Shown here: in pieces, positions 62,786 to 64,000 of the stretch
Position numbering within the stretch: the first letter of the stretch is position 1
Layout: every line of letters begins with the position of its first letter
NCBI GenBank assembly: GCA_963575745.1
Contig: CAUYUJ010000070.1
Location: forward strand, 372,001 to 436,000
Length of the DNA stretch: 64,000 bases
From: Prorocentrum cordatum
Lineage: Eukaryota
Reading direction: 5' to 3'
Notes under the pieces: model-generated
What the model was told of the DNA's origin: nothing
Database searches by the model: none
The model's input: the letters and a program-made list of their open reading frames with translations, nothing else
Program-made: the position numbers and the translations under genes

Positions 62786-63271
62786 CGACGCGACTGGGCC
62801 GTAAGACGGGTCTTCCACGGCCCGGTCGACCCATTTGACGGTGGCCGCGTGTACGAGGAAGGGATGGGCAACGTCGGCCTCGGCAGGACAGGACAGGCAC
62901 CTGCAGCCAAGATCCCCCGTCTCCAGAAGACCCTGGGGGGAGTGTTCAGCAGCGTTTGGCACGCCTACACCCGCAAGCACCCATCCGGGGCCAACGGCCC
63001 GAAGAGCGACCCCGCTCGGAACCCCGAGTCCACTTGTCGCAACTTCCTGGATGCCTGGAAGCGCTGCGGGTACGACGCCTACGAAAGGGACCGCCGGCAC
63101 GAGCTCCAGGTCAACTGGGACCGTGAGCGCAACAAGTGGTCAGGGAACCAGGGCAAAAACGCCCCCCAGCCCACGGGGCACGCGACCAGTTCCCTGCAAC
63201 CCTGGGGCTGTGTTTCCTGGTCCTGGTCGCAAGCCTGGGACGGCGACGACTGGCAGGCCGGGGGCAAGTGA
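62786..63271 (+). CDS. Intronless coding-like fragment of unknown function, directly inside a family G terminus
   Basis: Complex ORF with GC3 bias. KIPRLQK...WHAY...DPARNP...RNFL recalls a small W..Y....DP.xH....FL domain seen in dinoflagellate proteins (recalled, unverified). No clear ATG. Confidence 0.5.
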   Translation, partial: RRDWAVRRVFHGPVDPFDGGRVYEEGMGNVGLGRTGQAPAAKIPRLQKTLGGVFSSVWHAYTRKHPSGANGPKSDPARNPESTCRNFLDAWKRCGYDAYERDRRHELQVNWDRERNKWSGNQGKNAPQPTGHATSSLQPWGCVSWSWSQAWDGDDWQAGGK

Positions 63272-64000
63272 AGTGGCGACGACAGCAGCGACGGGCGGGG
63301 GGACAAGCGTTCCCACGCGTGGCGCTGAAGTAGCGGCTCCCGTAAGCGAAGGCCCTCCGCCACGCCTTTGCCGGTTCCCCCGTGCGCCCTCCCCTCTCTG
63401 CTGAGTCGGCCCACGCTTCACACTAGACGCATCCCGCCACGCGACGCGCGTCCGATGCCACCGCCGAGGCAGTGCAATCTTCCGCGCCCCTCCCGGCTCC
63501 TCGGTTCTGACCAGCACGGGGCCGTAGTGGGCCACCTGGCCAGGGCGCCGCGCCCCGAGCGAGGCGGCGCACCTCGGGCGCCCCCGCTCTGACGCCCCAC
63601 GGGGCGCCCCTGGCAGCCAGCAGTGCACAGAAGAGGTACAGGGCCCGTTAGGCCGGAGGACGACCGAGAGACGGTCCCAGCGAGCAGCACGGCAGCTCTC
63701 TGTGGCGGCAGGTCTTCCGGGCCGCGCCGCCCCTCCCTCGCAGACGGCCCAGGCATGCGTGCCCTCTGACGTCCGAGTCCTGAGGCCCATCTGGGCACCC
63801 CTGGCGGCCAGCTTGCTCTCCCCAAGTAAAGCATGGCTCGTTAGGCCTGAAGGGGCCGCCGCGGTCGCGTCATCGGATTCGCAAACAGATGCGGGGCCCG
63901 TTAGGCCAGATGGGAACGTGATTTCGCTCTTATCGGTCTTCCTCACATGAACTGGGCCCGTTCGGCCGAAGGATGTCGTGATGTCTCGCGCCCGCACACC

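Overview
This is repeat-dense eukaryotic genomic DNA, GC-rich, with long GAG/CCT, GAT, CTA and GTT tracts. A mix of GT, GC and GA splice donors with AG|G acceptors suggests a core dinoflagellate (inference). Most of the supplied ORF track is artefact from low-complexity and tandem repeats. Five kinds of content are supportable. (1) One frame-consistent 7-exon host gene model (35703-40528, about 861 aa) encoding an Arg-rich N-terminus and HPR/OPR-like helical repeats. Three of its six introns are essentially single TIR mini-transposons (introner-like), one a clean GA-AG intron made from a 5-bp target-site duplication. (2) Two Helentron/Helitron2-like non-autonomous families with asymmetric terminal repeats. 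One carries 89-90-bp minisatellite arrays and, in one copy, a Pif1-type helicase C-terminus with a GC-AG intron. (3) Many MITE families with TA, 5-bp or 8-9-bp TSDs. (4) A decayed non-LTR reverse transcriptase and a retroelement ORF1-like pseudogene. (5) A 3.8-kb satellite of 81-bp hairpin monomers with a periodic 155-bp spacer. I found no rRNA, tRNA, CRISPR array or intact spliced leader. All calls are by eye, without database searches.
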